Shown here: in pieces, positions 16,686 through 27,314 of the stretch | Layout: every line of letters starts with the position of its first letter | Numbering within the stretch: the stretch's first letter is position 1 | Assembly: GCA_018660465.1 (NCBI GenBank) | Contig: JABJKH010000041.1 | Span: 6,650-70,649 of the forward strand | Length of the DNA stretch: 64,000 nucleotides | DNA from: Rhodospirillaceae bacterium | GTDB taxonomy: Bacteria > Pseudomonadota > Alphaproteobacteria > Rhodospirillales > JABJKH01 | Reading direction: 5' to 3' | Position numbers and translations under genes: made by a program | The notes under the pieces: generated by a model | Seen by the model: only the letters and a program-made list of their open reading frames with translations | Told to the model about the DNA's origin: nothing | Database searches by the model: none

Positions 16686-19592
16686 TTGAAGAAATTTCGA
16701 AAAACTGCCAAAGACCGAGTGCTCTGCGTGGAAGACGAGCCTGAAATCGCCGACCTGATTGGCGAAGTACTTCGCGCGAGGGGATACCAAGTCGAAATCG
16801 CCGCAACCGGAAAGGCGGCCATAAGCGCATTCTCCAAGGGCGACTTTGCCTTGGTGACGATAGATTACAGACTGCCTGACGTTACCGGGCTTGAGATTGC
16901 ACAAGAATTCATAGCCCTTAAGCCCGACGTTCCGTTGGTTATGGTAACCGGGCGCGGAAACGAGAGCATCGCCGCCAAGGCGTTGCGCCTGGGTGTGTCC
17001 GACTACATTATCAAAGACAATCTGAAGACCTTTCTTGAGCTATTGCCTACCATCATCGAGCAGGTTCTTAAAAGACAGGAAGTTCTTACCAAGAGCCGTA
17101 CTTACGACAAAAAATTGAACAAACAAAAGATTCAGTTGCAGAGCATTCTGGATACTGTCGTTGATGGCGTCATCACCATTAGCGAGACAGGGAAAATCCA
17201 GTCCTTCAACTTGGCGGCGGAAACGATCTTCGGCTACAAGGAAGACGAAGTAATAGGCAAGAACGTCAACGTTCTGATGCCCAACCCCCATAAGCGTAAG
17301 CACAATTCTTACCTAAAAAACTTTCTTAAATCGGGCGAGGTCAAGGTCATTGGCGTTGAACGCGAGGTAGTGGGATTAAGAAAAGACGGCGCAACCTTTC
17401 CCATGTCGGTCGCCGTAAGCGAACTCATGCAGGATGATTCATTCGTGTTCACTGGGATCGTTCGGGACATTACAAAACAAAAGAAAGCCGAAGAGGCGCT
17501 TCTGTTAAGCGAAGGCGCCACGGCGGAAGAACGCAAGACTCTCCAAGACGCAGTGGAATGTTTCACCGATGGATTCATTCTTTTTGATGCTGAGGAAAGA
17601 TACGTCCTTTGCAACCAAGACTTCCAGAATTCTATTTCTGATTTCGATAAAATATTTAAGCCCGGTCTTACGTTTGAAGAAATAACACGAACACGTGTTA
17701 AAGCGAAAAATTTTCGAGCAGAAATTGTTCGTGATGAGAACTGGATACAACAGCGTTTGAAAGAATACCGTACATGCCGAACCATCGAACGCCAAATAAG
17801 AGATGGCCGCTACATAGAACTCCGCCATCTAAAAACACCGAATGGCGGGACAGCCATGGTTCGGAGGGATATTACCGACCTCAAACATTCAGAAATAACG
17901 CTGCTCAAGAATACTGATACGATTAACTTGATGCAGAAAACTGCGGTGGCAGTCAATGAAGCGCCCACGGTTGAGAAAGCAATTCAGACCTGTCTCCGTT
18001 TGGTCTGCGCCTATGCCGGGTGGCCCGTGGGCCACGCCTACATGGTAGACGGGGAAGAAAGCGATAAACTGACCTCCACGCGCATTTGGCATTTCGACGA
18101 GCCCCAAAAGTTTAAGAATTTCCGTCGGACCACCGAGAAAACCAACTTCACCTCTGGCATTGGACTTCCGGGCCGTGTTTTCTCCAGCGGCCAGCCGGCC
18201 TGGATTGTCGACGTCACCACGAACAGCAACTTCCCCCGCGCCAAGCTGGCTAAGGACGCCGGCGTCAAAGGTGCCTTCGCCTTTCCCATACTGGTCGGCC
18301 AAAAAGTTGTTGCTGTCTTCGAATTTTTCGCAAGTGAGAAATATTTGCCCCGGGCTGAAATTCTCGAAATCATGCGCCACGTTGGTACGCAAGTGGGCCG
18401 CATCATTGAACGGAGGCGTGCCGAGGAAAACTTGGTTGAGGCCAGGGAGCAGGCTGACCAAGCGAACCGTGCGAAATCCGACTTCCTGTCCTCCATGAGC
18501 CACGAACTTCGCACCCCCTTGAATGCGATTCTCGGATTTAGCCAGTTGCTGAACAACGATCCAAAGGAAGCTCTGACGATCACTCAGGAAAAATCAGTAG
18601 GCTACATCATAAATGGCGGACATCATCTGCTGAAACTGATCGACGAAGTTCTCGACTTGGCGAGAATCGAATCCGGAAAACTGGATCTTTCCATGGAGAA
18701 CGTGGTGGCGTCACCCCTGATTGAAGAGTGCCTCACCACGATAGAAGTCAAGGCGCTGGAACGTAATATTCGCACACCTGACCATTCCATGTACATCGCC
18801 GACTCCGTAATTCGCACAGACATTACACGATTTAAACAGATCCTCTTGAACCTGCTTTCCAATGCCGTCAAATACAATCGGGAAGGAGGCGCATTGATTG
18901 TCGCCACGTATGAAACGCCAAAAGGCATGTTGAGGATAAGTGTCACCGATACCGGAGAGGGTATTCCTGAAGATAGACAATCAGAACTGTTTCAGCCGTT
19001 TAGCCGCCTCGGTCATGAAACGACGAGCACGGAAGGGACGGGCATCGGTCTCGTCGTGACGAAACGCCTGGTCGAGGAAATGGGCGGAAACATCGGTTTC
19101 GAGAGCGACGTTGGCAAGGGCACAACATTCTGGATTGAACTTCCATTATCTCAGAACGTAATGGGCGCCAACAAGATTGAGGCCCACAGCAAGAATGATG
19201 TCATCCTCAAAGAACTCTCAGGCAAGGTACTTTATGTGGAAGATAACCCAGCGAACTTGGATCTGATGAAATTGATCATATCTCGGGTTGATGGCCTGAA
19301 CATGATATCCACCAACACGGCGGAGTCAGGTTTGGACCTGGCCCGTGACGAGAACCCAGATATTATCATCATGGATATTAACCTGCCGGGAATGAATGGT
19401 TTTGAGGCTCTCAAACAACTTAAGAAAATGAATAGCACCCGCTCAACACCAATCATCGCGCTTTCAGCCAATGCGAGCCCGCAAGATATTGAGTCGGGAC
19501 GGAAGGCCGGATTTTACGACTACCAGACAAAACCAATTGATATCGGAAATTTTCTTCAGGTCGTTGAGACGGCTTTAGGTTTAGACGTGTAA
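16686..19592 (+). CDS. REC-PAS-PAS-GAF hybrid sensor histidine kinase with second C-terminal receiver
   Basis: 968 aa. N-terminal receiver ([13 protein letters not shown]...[11 protein letters not shown]), PAS blocks, a GAF-like region, and the H-box [18 protein letters not shown]. It also has [15 protein letters not shown] and a C-terminal receiver (DINLPGMNG). The annotated start is TTG. Confidence 0.9.
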   Translation: [968 protein letters not shown]

Positions 19593-19898
19593 GAGCACTT
19601 AATTAAATACGATAAAGCTCACGGTTCCATTATCAGCGTCGCCATTCTCGTTTTGGGTTTGAATAACCAACCGGAATATTCCTAATTTTGGGTTTTATTT
19701 CAAACCACAAATGTCCCACGCATCATCTTGCGCCGCGCTTTTCTCTGACGGTGGGATTAAATACAAAATTCGGAATCTTAGACGCGCACTGCAACAGTGT
19801 TTGACGAAGGGTCTTGGGTATTGGAAGGTTGAATTTATGACGTGTCCACGAGCCGACACGGTCTGGCAACACACAGATGCGGAGAAAAGGAAACTTAG

Positions 19899-20813
19899 AT
19901 GAGAGTGGGATTTTTAGGTCTTGGTGACATGGGGGAGATCATCGTCCCACGTTTAATCGATGCAGGGTATCAGGTAACAGGTTGGAACCGAACCCTTGAA
20001 AAGGCGAAGCCCCTTGCGGACAAAGGCATGGCCGTGGGGGATAGCCCGGCGGATGTCGCGGCAAAATCTGACGTAATTTTTTCCATCGTTACCGATGCGG
20101 CGGCGGTTGAGGCTGTTGCGCTGGGCGAAAATGGCGTGCTTTCCGGCATCGCCAAGGACAGTGTCTACATTGACATGAGCACGATTTCACCGGGCCGGTC
20201 GCGGGCAATTTCCACGGCATTCAGGGACGCCGGGCGGATCATGCTGGATGGCCCCCTATCAGGCAGCCCGGTATCAATTGTACAAAACAAAGCATCGATC
20301 ATGATTGGCGGTGACAAGGCGGCGTTTGAGCGCGTGAAGGATGTTCTGCTGGCGATCGGTCCCAATGCGACTTACATCGGCGAAAGCGGCACGGCGGCAA
20401 CCCTAAAGGTTTCCATCAACCTGACACTCGTCGCCGAAATGGTGGCGTTTTGCGAAGGCATGGCGCTCGCCGAAAAAGGCGGCGTTGACCCAGAGATCGC
20501 CTATGACGGCTTCATGAAAAGTGTCGCCGCATCCCCTGTCATGGGATACCGCGGCTTGTTCGTGCTGGATGGCAAGATGCCTGAAAAGCCCTTGGCCAAT
20601 GTTCGCTTGCAGCAGAAAGATGTTTTACTGGCGTTGGAATTCGCCCGCGAAATGGGCATGCCGGCACCGCTGATCGCCGCGACCAATCAAATGCTGAATG
20701 CCTGTCATAGCCTCGGCATCGGCCATCGTGACTTTGTCACTGTGATTGATGTGTATCGGTTGATGGGCGGAATCATCAAGCAATCTGATTTAGAGAAAAT
20801 TTCCCAGAACTAG
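19899..20813 (+). CDS. NAD(P)-dependent oxidoreductase, 3-hydroxyisobutyrate/6-phosphogluconate dehydrogenase-like family
   Basis: N-terminal Rossmann motif VGFLGLGDMG. Length (304 aa) and overall pattern fit beta-hydroxyacid dehydrogenases. Confidence 0.85.
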   Translation: MRVGFLGLGDMGEIIVPRLIDAGYQVTGWNRTLEKAKPLADKGMAVGDSPADVAAKSDVIFSIVTDAAAVEAVALGENGVLSGIAKDSVYIDMSTISPGRSRAISTAFRDAGRIMLDGPLSGSPVSIVQNKASIMIGGDKAAFERVKDVLLAIGPNATYIGESGTAATLKVSINLTLVAEMVAFCEGMALAEKGGVDPEIAYDGFMKSVAASPVMGYRGLFVLDGKMPEKPLANVRLQQKDVLLALEFAREMGMPAPLIAATNQMLNACHSLGIGHRDFVTVIDVYRLMGGIIKQSDLEKISQN

Positions 20814-20844
20814 AGGGAATAAATTTACACGGAGGCATTTAAGA

Positions 20845-21258
20845 ATGACTGGGACAAAACCCTATCGCACGAACATCAAAGACGTGCCGCTGGTCGGTGG
20901 ATTAAAAAAAGAAGATGGCTGGATCGACATGCAGGTTCAGTTCTTGATCGATGAGAAATCAGCTGATTCCAAACGCACCGTCGTTGGCTGGACTGTTCTC
21001 AAACCAGGTGCGGCCCACGAACGGCATAAGCATTCCAATGTTGATGAATTTTGGATTGTGCTCAAAGGATCTGGAACCATGTACACGACCGATGGCGAAG
21101 AATCATCCGTCGAAGGCGATGTCGTGTTCACCCCTTCGGGACACTGGCATGGGTTCAAGAACACGTCTGATGAAGACGTTGTCTTGGTCTGGGGCTGGAG
21201 CGGTGCCGGATCGCTAGAAGATGCAGGCTACGCCATTCCCGAAGGCGATAGCCATTAG
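20845..21258 (+). CDS. Cupin domain protein
   Basis: 137 aa with cupin motifs HERHKHSNVDEFWIVLKG and PSGHWHGF. Confidence 0.7.
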   Translation: MTGTKPYRTNIKDVPLVGGLKKEDGWIDMQVQFLIDEKSADSKRTVVGWTVLKPGAAHERHKHSNVDEFWIVLKGSGTMYTTDGEESSVEGDVVFTPSGHWHGFKNTSDEDVVLVWGWSGAGSLEDAGYAIPEGDSH

Positions 21259-21975
21259 ATGAATACTCCTGATATGAGCAGCGCCATTCAGCGCGGCATG
21301 CAAAAGCAATTTTCCCTGCGTCAGAAACAGATTAACCAAGGCGAAAGAAGGGTGGGTTGGAAGGCCGCATTTGGCGCGCCACAAGCACTCGAAAAATTCG
21401 GTATATCTGCGCCGCTTGTTGGGTTTTTGACAGACAAGACCCTGATGCAGGACGGCACAACGCTGGTGCAGGCCGACTACGCGAAGCCAGCGCTTGAGCC
21501 TGAAATCGCAATCCATATGGGAGCTGGCGTTTCACCGGGTGCCAGCCTGGCCGAAGCCAAGGCAGCCATTCGCGGGTTGGGTCCAGCTATTGAGTTGGCA
21601 GATGTCACCTTCCCACCCGATGACCCAGAAGAAATTCTAGCCCACAATATTTATCACCGCGGCCTGATCTTAGGTGATTGCGATACACGCTTTGCCGGTG
21701 GTGAAGTTTCGGGCCTAACCGGAATTTTGACCTGTAATGGAAACATCGTCATCGATACGTCTGATGTCGAAGCGATGACCGGGCGGCTTGGTGAAATCGT
21801 GCGCCATTTCGCAAATTTTCTCGCACCATTTGGCGGTACGATTGAAACAGGCGATGTCATTATCGCGGGTTCGTTGATCCCACCCTACTGGGTCGATCAG
21901 CCATTGGAATTTTCCTATGAACTGACTCCCATTGGACGACTTCAGGTGCTGTTCGACGCGGAGCAAGAAATCTAA
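21259..21975 (+). CDS. 2-keto-4-pentenoate hydratase-like / FAH-superfamily hydratase-decarboxylase
   Basis: 238 aa. GWKAAFG, EPEIA and related stretches resemble the MhpD/HpcG hydratase family. It starts directly after the cupin gene's stop. Confidence 0.55.
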   Translation: MNTPDMSSAIQRGMQKQFSLRQKQINQGERRVGWKAAFGAPQALEKFGISAPLVGFLTDKTLMQDGTTLVQADYAKPALEPEIAIHMGAGVSPGASLAEAKAAIRGLGPAIELADVTFPPDDPEEILAHNIYHRGLILGDCDTRFAGGEVSGLTGILTCNGNIVIDTSDVEAMTGRLGEIVRHFANFLAPFGGTIETGDVIIAGSLIPPYWVDQPLEFSYELTPIGRLQVLFDAEQEI

Positions 21976-21979
21976 CGCG

Positions 21980-22525
21980 TTAGAATGCCGTCCCTGGCGT
22001 ATTTATAAACTCTTCTTCCTCTGCCGTGTTCTCCCGCCCCAACACTTCATTTCGGTGCGGGAAGCGACCGAAGCGGGCAATGACGTCACGGTGCTTGATC
22101 GCATAGTCCAGTGTGCTGGCGTTGCCGTATTTTTCAAACAATGGGATACCTGCTTCTTGGTCTCTCAAATCTTCAGAATGCATCATCGGGGTGATCAGGA
22201 ACCTTGCGTGCTCCACGGGTAGATCGTCCAGCCACCCCTGCTCTATCGCGTGCTTGGTTAGGGCTAGGGCTTTCGCGTCAGACTCAAATGCGCGGGCATC
22301 CCCCCGGAACATATTTCGCGGGAATTGATCCAGCACGATGACCAAGGCCGCACACCCTTCTGGTGTCTCCGCCCATCCGTCATGAGTCCCTGCAACTGCG
22401 GCTTCATAGGTCGCACCGAAACGTTTCTGAATCTTGGCATCAAACGCGGCATTTTTTACAAACCACTGCTTTGGCTCAGTCTCTTCAAACCAAAAAGAAA
22501 GAATGTCAGCGATTTCTACGCTCAT
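21980..22525 (-). CDS. DUF924 family protein
   Basis: Starting from the ATG at 22525 the product reads MSVEIADILSFWF...WF...LDQFPRN.FRG...RFGRFPHRN..LGR, the characteristic DUF924 pattern. Confidence 0.7.
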   Translation of the reverse strand: MSVEIADILSFWFEETEPKQWFVKNAAFDAKIQKRFGATYEAAVAGTHDGWAETPEGCAALVIVLDQFPRNMFRGDARAFESDAKALALTKHAIEQGWLDDLPVEHARFLITPMMHSEDLRDQEAGIPLFEKYGNASTLDYAIKHRDVIARFGRFPHRNEVLGRENTAEEEEFINTPGTAF

Positions 22526-22660
22526 GATTACGCCCCTGAGAATAAGACTTACTTTATCTAACGACCTACACCGGGAAGGACCCTGTAAAATGTACTGTTC
22601 TCTTAGCAATAATACAGGTTATGGTTTCTACGAAAAAATAATTCTCTGGGAGAGATTGAG

Positions 22661-23002
22661 ATGTCAGGTTCAGCTGCAAGGGCTCACGTACATTTTGCAT
22701 TGAGTATGGAGCATGCGGTTCGGGTATCGAATCGCGAAGTTATGGTTGCCGAAATGGAACCCTTGACCGAGGAGCAGCTTTTATTGGTCTCCGTCCAGGT
22801 CGCAAAGGCACGCGCGGCCTATATGATTGCGGCAGTGAAAGTTGGCTTAACGGACGGCTCGGAGCCCTCTGCTTCTGAACTGCGGATACTACGTGAAACA
22901 TTCGAGGAAAAACGCGACGCTTTTGCCGCCCTTATGACCGCGATTGAACGGGGCTATGTTGATGGACCAGGAGACAATGACGACTGGGAAAATGACACCT
23001 AA
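22661..23002 (+). CDS. Hypothetical protein
   Basis: 113-aa helical, acidic ORF. No family was recognised, and it overlaps the start of the next ORF in another frame. Confidence 0.35.
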   Translation: MSGSAARAHVHFALSMEHAVRVSNREVMVAEMEPLTEEQLLLVSVQVAKARAAYMIAAVKVGLTDGSEPSASELRILRETFEEKRDAFAALMTAIERGYVDGPGDNDDWENDT

Positions 23003-23318
23003 CTTCCAATGCAACAGTTGCGGTAAATGCTGTCTTGAAGGTGCCGCAGAATTACAAGCCGTCGAAGAAGATATCGCGTACTGGGAAAGAAACGCCCCGG
23101 AACTTCTGCAATACGTCACGCTCCACGGTGAACCCGGCGCACGTACGGGCGATCTTTGGCGGACCAAGAAAACCACGCCGCGCTGCAAGTGGATAAAAAA
23201 ATATCCAGGGCGGGATAAATACTATTGCCGCATCTACGACCACCGCCCGCAAGTCTGCCGCCGCTATCCCATCTCAAAAGAACATGGACTGTTTACCGGG
23301 TGTGAGGGGTATTCCTGA
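22944..23318 (+). CDS. YkgJ-type cysteine-cluster (CxxCxxCC) zinc/iron-chelating protein
   Basis: Has the CNSCGKCC motif plus downstream CRIYDHRPQVCRRYP, which fits the YkgJ/UPF0153 family. The true start may be a later ATG. Confidence 0.6.
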   Translation: MNGAMLMDQETMTTGKMTPNFQCNSCGKCCLEGAAELQAVEEDIAYWERNAPELLQYVTLHGEPGARTGDLWRTKKTTPRCKWIKKYPGRDKYYCRIYDHRPQVCRRYPISKEHGLFTGCEGYS

Positions 23319-23444
23319 AATTTATCGTTCTTGCTGATAAAGCGCCGCCTCGCCTTCTTTCTTCACCGCCGCAAGCAACTCAGGAATAATCACCCCTCCA
23401 ACCCCATCGCCTTTGCCCCCTTCATTTGACTATTCTCACCCAGC

Positions 23445-25076
23445 ATGCCAAATATTTCTCCCCCTTCGTTGACAGGATTTCAAATGTTAGAACGTGATTA
23501 TTTCTCTCCTGGGCGCTCCACGGCTGTTGCTGAAAATGGGATGGCGGCGACGTCGCAGCCGATGGCGACGATGGCGGCTGTTGACGTGTTGAAAATGGGG
23601 GGCAATGCCATAGATGCAGCCCTTGCAGCCGTCGCGGTGCAGTGTGTTGTTGAACCCCAGATGACTGGCATCGGAGGCGATTGTTTTGCCCTGGTTGCCC
23701 CTGGTGATGGGTCCCCTGTCGCGTCGTTCAACGGATCAGGATTTGCGCCCGCCGGGATGACACCAGATACTTTAAGGGATGCGGGACATTCAGTTGTGCC
23801 GCCAACGTCGCCCCACGCGGTGACTGTTCCAGGCGCGATTGATACGTGGTGCAGGCTGCATGAAAAATATGGAACGATTGAGTTCGAACGCATTCTGGCC
23901 CCGGCCATTGACGCCGCTGAAAACGGCTACCGCGTTACCGGCAGGATCGGTTATGACTGGGCGATGAGCCGACCCCGGCTTGAAAGCAATGCGGAAGCCA
24001 CCAAATACTTTTTGCCAAACGGTGTGACGCCGAAGACCGGCGATAGAATGGTGAACCCGGCCCTCGCCAAGACTCTGAAGGCCGTCGCAAAAAACGGACG
24101 CAATGCCTTTTACCAGGGCGAAGTCGCAGAAGAAATCGTCACGGTACTAAACAGCTTCGGTGGCACCCATACGCTTGAAGACTTTGCCGAGTTCTCAGGC
24201 TTTGAGACAACGCCAATCTCCGCCCCCTTCCGCGACCATGTACTGACCGAATGCCCGCCCAATGGCCAAGGCCTCGCTGCCTTGATCATTGCACGTATCT
24301 TGGATGGTTTTGATTTGTCCGACGACGCGGTCAGCGAAGCCGACCGGATTCATCTTTTGGCAGAGGCAACAAAGGCAGGCTATCGCCAGCGCGATTTGTT
24401 GGTTGCTGATCCTGACCACGTGACATTTGATATGGATGAGGTCTTGGGTGATGCCTTCATTGGTGATTTACGAAACCGTATAAAACTTGATGTCGCCTCT
24501 GGTCCCGCAGTATGGGACGGCCCTGTGCACAAGGATACAGTCTACCTGACCGTGGTCGATAAGGACCGAAATGCGGTGTCGCTGATCAATTCGATCTTCG
24601 ACGGTTTTGGCAGCGGCATTTTTGCGCCAGGGTGCGGTGTGCTCCTGCACAATCGCGGCCAAGGGTTTTGCCTCATCCCTGATCACCCGAACGAAATCGG
24701 CCCGCGCAAGCGCCCGATGCACACAATCATTCCGGCGATGCTGTCCAAGGGCGACAAAGTTGTCATGCCCTTCGGCGTCATGGGTGGACAGTTCCAGGCA
24801 ACCGGCCACGCACATTTTATCTCTCACGTGCTTGATCGCGGCTACGATATCCAACGCGCCAATGAAGCGCCGCGTAGTTTTTGGTTTAATGACGTCTTGT
24901 CTCTTGAGCCCGCGTTTGGAAATGGCATCCGCGCGGACCTGGAAGCCAGGGGCCATACTGTCGATTGGGCAGAAAAACCGACTGGCGGCTGTCAGGCGAT
25001 TTACATTGATCATGACCGCGGCGTGTTAATTGGCGGCTCTGATCACCGAAAAGATGGCATGGCGTTAGGATATTAG
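23445..25076 (+). CDS. ggt: Gamma-glutamyltransferase
   Basis: 543 aa. [20 protein letters not shown], the processing-site region KRPMHTIIP and the [10 protein letters not shown]-terminal motif fit the GGT family. Confidence 0.85.
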   Translation: MPNISPPSLTGFQMLERDYFSPGRSTAVAENGMAATSQPMATMAAVDVLKMGGNAIDAALAAVAVQCVVEPQMTGIGGDCFALVAPGDGSPVASFNGSGFAPAGMTPDTLRDAGHSVVPPTSPHAVTVPGAIDTWCRLHEKYGTIEFERILAPAIDAAENGYRVTGRIGYDWAMSRPRLESNAEATKYFLPNGVTPKTGDRMVNPALAKTLKAVAKNGRNAFYQGEVAEEIVTVLNSFGGTHTLEDFAEFSGFETTPISAPFRDHVLTECPPNGQGLAALIIARILDGFDLSDDAVSEADRIHLLAEATKAGYRQRDLLVADPDHVTFDMDEVLGDAFIGDLRNRIKLDVASGPAVWDGPVHKDTVYLTVVDKDRNAVSLINSIFDGFGSGIFAPGCGVLLHNRGQGFCLIPDHPNEIGPRKRPMHTIIPAMLSKGDKVVMPFGVMGGQFQATGHAHFISHVLDRGYDIQRANEAPRSFWFNDVLSLEPAFGNGIRADLEARGHTVDWAEKPTGGCQAIYIDHDRGVLIGGSDHRKDGMALGY

Positions 25077-25196
25077 AGTACAGTCAGTTCTTCGAAGTAT
25101 TTATCCATTGTCAATGCTTTAACTGCCGCCATATTGTTACTGTGCGGCGGTAAAAAGGTGCAGTTACATTATTTTGCTACTTCTAGGGAAAAGAAA

Positions 25197-27296
25197 ATGA
25201 ATTTTGGTGGACTTAAGTCAAAAATTCTCGTTGGGGTGGGCGTCCCGGTCTTAATGCTGTTTATCCTTTGTGTCGTCACCATAACCAGTATCAATTCTAT
25301 TAAAAATACAGAGGCTTGGGTTGAGCATACGAACGAGGTAATCACCACAGCGGACAAAATACTGGTCAGTGCGATTAATATGGAAACCGGTATGCGCGGC
25401 TATCTTCTCGCTGGAAAAGACAATTTTCTGGCTCCCCTAATTAAAGGGGAGAAAAATATCGCCCAATTGATCGGCCCTTTGCAGAAGAAAGTCAGTGACA
25501 ATCCCAAACAAGTCCAGCGTCTGGTAACGCTAGAAAAACTATTAGGCCAATGGAAGAACAACGTCGTTGACTCGAATGTTTCTCTCCGCCGTGAAATCAG
25601 CGGTGCAACGACGGTTAATGATTTGGCTAGTATTGTCGGACAGGCAAAAGGCAAACGCTATTTCGACAAGTTCCGCAGCCAGATCGACACCTTTATCAAC
25701 CGCGAAAGGAATCTTTTAGATAAACGAAAATCCGATTACAAGGTATCCCAAGAGAAAAACAAACAAATCGATTCGGCCATCGATTGGATCACCCATACCT
25801 ACAGTGTGATCAATGAGGCCCAAGGCCTTCTGGCAAACGGCATTGATATGGAAACCGGCATGCGCGGTTACCTATTGACTGGAAAAATGGAATTTTTGGA
25901 GCCTTACAATCGTAGCTCTGGCATATTTTCTGATAAAGCATCGGCACTCGCTAAAACGGTCGGCGACAACCCGGCTCAAGTAAAGCTATTAGACGACATT
26001 CAGGCCACAATTGGGACTTGGCGAAAAGATGTTGTCGATCCCTTGATTGCCCTTCGTGGCGAAGTACAAAGTGGCAAGTCTATGGATGATCTGGCCATTT
26101 TGATCGGGCAGGAAAAGGGCAAAGTCTACTTTGACAAAATTCGTAAAACCCTATTAGCCTTCGTCAGTGAAGAAACCGAATTATCGGCCCTGAGAAAAAC
26201 TGAGAATCATTCCGTCACAAGTAATACCATTTTAACGACATTGATTATCTTCATCTCAGGCTTTTTACTGAGTGTGTTAATCGGCCTATACCTTGCCAAC
26301 CATGTGCTTAGGCAAGTTGGCGGTGAACCAAATGAGATCGCAGTTCTTGCAACAAAAATATCCGATGGTGACCTGACAACGAAATTTGACTCAAATCAGA
26401 AAGTAGAAGGCATTAATCACGCTGTCCAAGTTATGTCGGAGAATCTGAAGCAGCTTACCGGCAATATTCGGGAAGCCAGCATCAAAGTTTCCACCACAGT
26501 CAGGCAAATTACAGGGGCGATTTCATCGCTGACATCAGCGGCCGCTGAGCAGGCAGCCGCCATCAATCAAACAACCTCAACTCTGGAGGAAATTAAGGCG
26601 ACCTCCAATCAAACCTTGCTGAAAGCACAGGCGTTGGGCGAAACCGCAGATCGCACTAGCGAAGAAGGCGACAGAGGCGAAGAGAAATTGCAGCAGACCG
26701 TTGGCGCCATGCAATCCATCCGCGAGAAAGTACAGGCGATTGCCGATACCAATCTGGAACTGAGCGAACAAACCAAGCAGATCGGCCAAATTACCGCCGC
26801 CGTTAATAATATTTCCCATCAATCGAAAATGCTTTCCATCAACGCGTCGATTGAGGCCGCCAAGGCTGGGGAAGCCGGCAAAGGGTTTTCGGTCGTTGCC
26901 GAAGAAATTGGAAACCTGGCCGAACAATCCGAGGAATCCACAGGCCAGGTAGAGAAAATCTTGGAAAGCATCCAAGCCGCCACAAGTCGCGCCCTGATGG
27001 CGACAGAGGAAGGCACAAATGAAGTCGACCAGGGTGTCGAATTGGTCGAACAGACCAGTGAAATTATGGTCACCCTGAGCGAAGCAATCCATGAAACCGG
27101 AACGTCATGTCAGCAAATCGTCGCCGCCGTCCGTCAGGAATCGGTTGGTATTGAACAAATTGCAACGGCAATGAATGATATCAACGAGGCAACGACACAA
27201 TCGCTCACAACTGCCAATGATACCAAACAGGCAACCGAGAATTTGGGTGAAGCCGTTGAAGATTTGGAATCCAACATTAACGCTTATAAGATTTAG
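25197..27296 (+). CDS. Methyl-accepting chemotaxis protein with two CHASE3-like periplasmic repeats and HAMP
   Basis: After the N-terminal TM the [10 protein letters not shown](A/T)GK motif occurs twice. This is followed by a second TM, a HAMP domain and the conserved MCP hairpin ...[34 protein letters not shown]. Confidence 0.85.
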   Translation: MNFGGLKSKILVGVGVPVLMLFILCVVTITSINSIKNTEAWVEHTNEVITTADKILVSAINMETGMRGYLLAGKDNFLAPLIKGEKNIAQLIGPLQKKVSDNPKQVQRLVTLEKLLGQWKNNVVDSNVSLRREISGATTVNDLASIVGQAKGKRYFDKFRSQIDTFINRERNLLDKRKSDYKVSQEKNKQIDSAIDWITHTYSVINEAQGLLANGIDMETGMRGYLLTGKMEFLEPYNRSSGIFSDKASALAKTVGDNPAQVKLLDDIQATIGTWRKDVVDPLIALRGEVQSGKSMDDLAILIGQEKGKVYFDKIRKTLLAFVSEETELSALRKTENHSVTSNTILTTLIIFISGFLLSVLIGLYLANHVLRQVGGEPNEIAVLATKISDGDLTTKFDSNQKVEGINHAVQVMSENLKQLTGNIREASIKVSTTVRQITGAISSLTSAAAEQAAAINQTTSTLEEIKATSNQTLLKAQALGETADRTSEEGDRGEEKLQQTVGAMQSIREKVQAIADTNLELSEQTKQIGQITAAVNNISHQSKMLSINASIEAAKAGEAGKGFSVVAEEIGNLAEQSEESTGQVEKILESIQAATSRALMATEEGTNEVDQGVELVEQTSEIMVTLSEAIHETGTSCQQIVAAVRQESVGIEQIATAMNDINEATTQSLTTANDTKQATENLGEAVEDLESNINAYKI

Positions 27297-27314
27297 CAAG
27301 CGCGCTTCGCCTGC

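Noticed and set aside
17889-18583. Long antisense ORFs inside large genes. Examples: 17889-18503 and 18038-18583 in the kinase, 35675-36424, 24468-25013, 26577-27092, 45410-46042, 46476-46997, 30643-31164 and 55448-56074.
   Set aside because: Each is opposite a gene with clear family motifs, and their translations are Arg/Gly/Pro-rich or low-complexity shadow frames. They are typical of moderately GC-rich DNA.
19711-19902. 63-aa ORF upstream of the dehydrogenase gene as a leader peptide or small protein.
   Set aside because: There is no RBS, the composition is Cys/Arg-rich and unconvincing, and nothing suggests conservation. It is most likely non-coding leader sequence.
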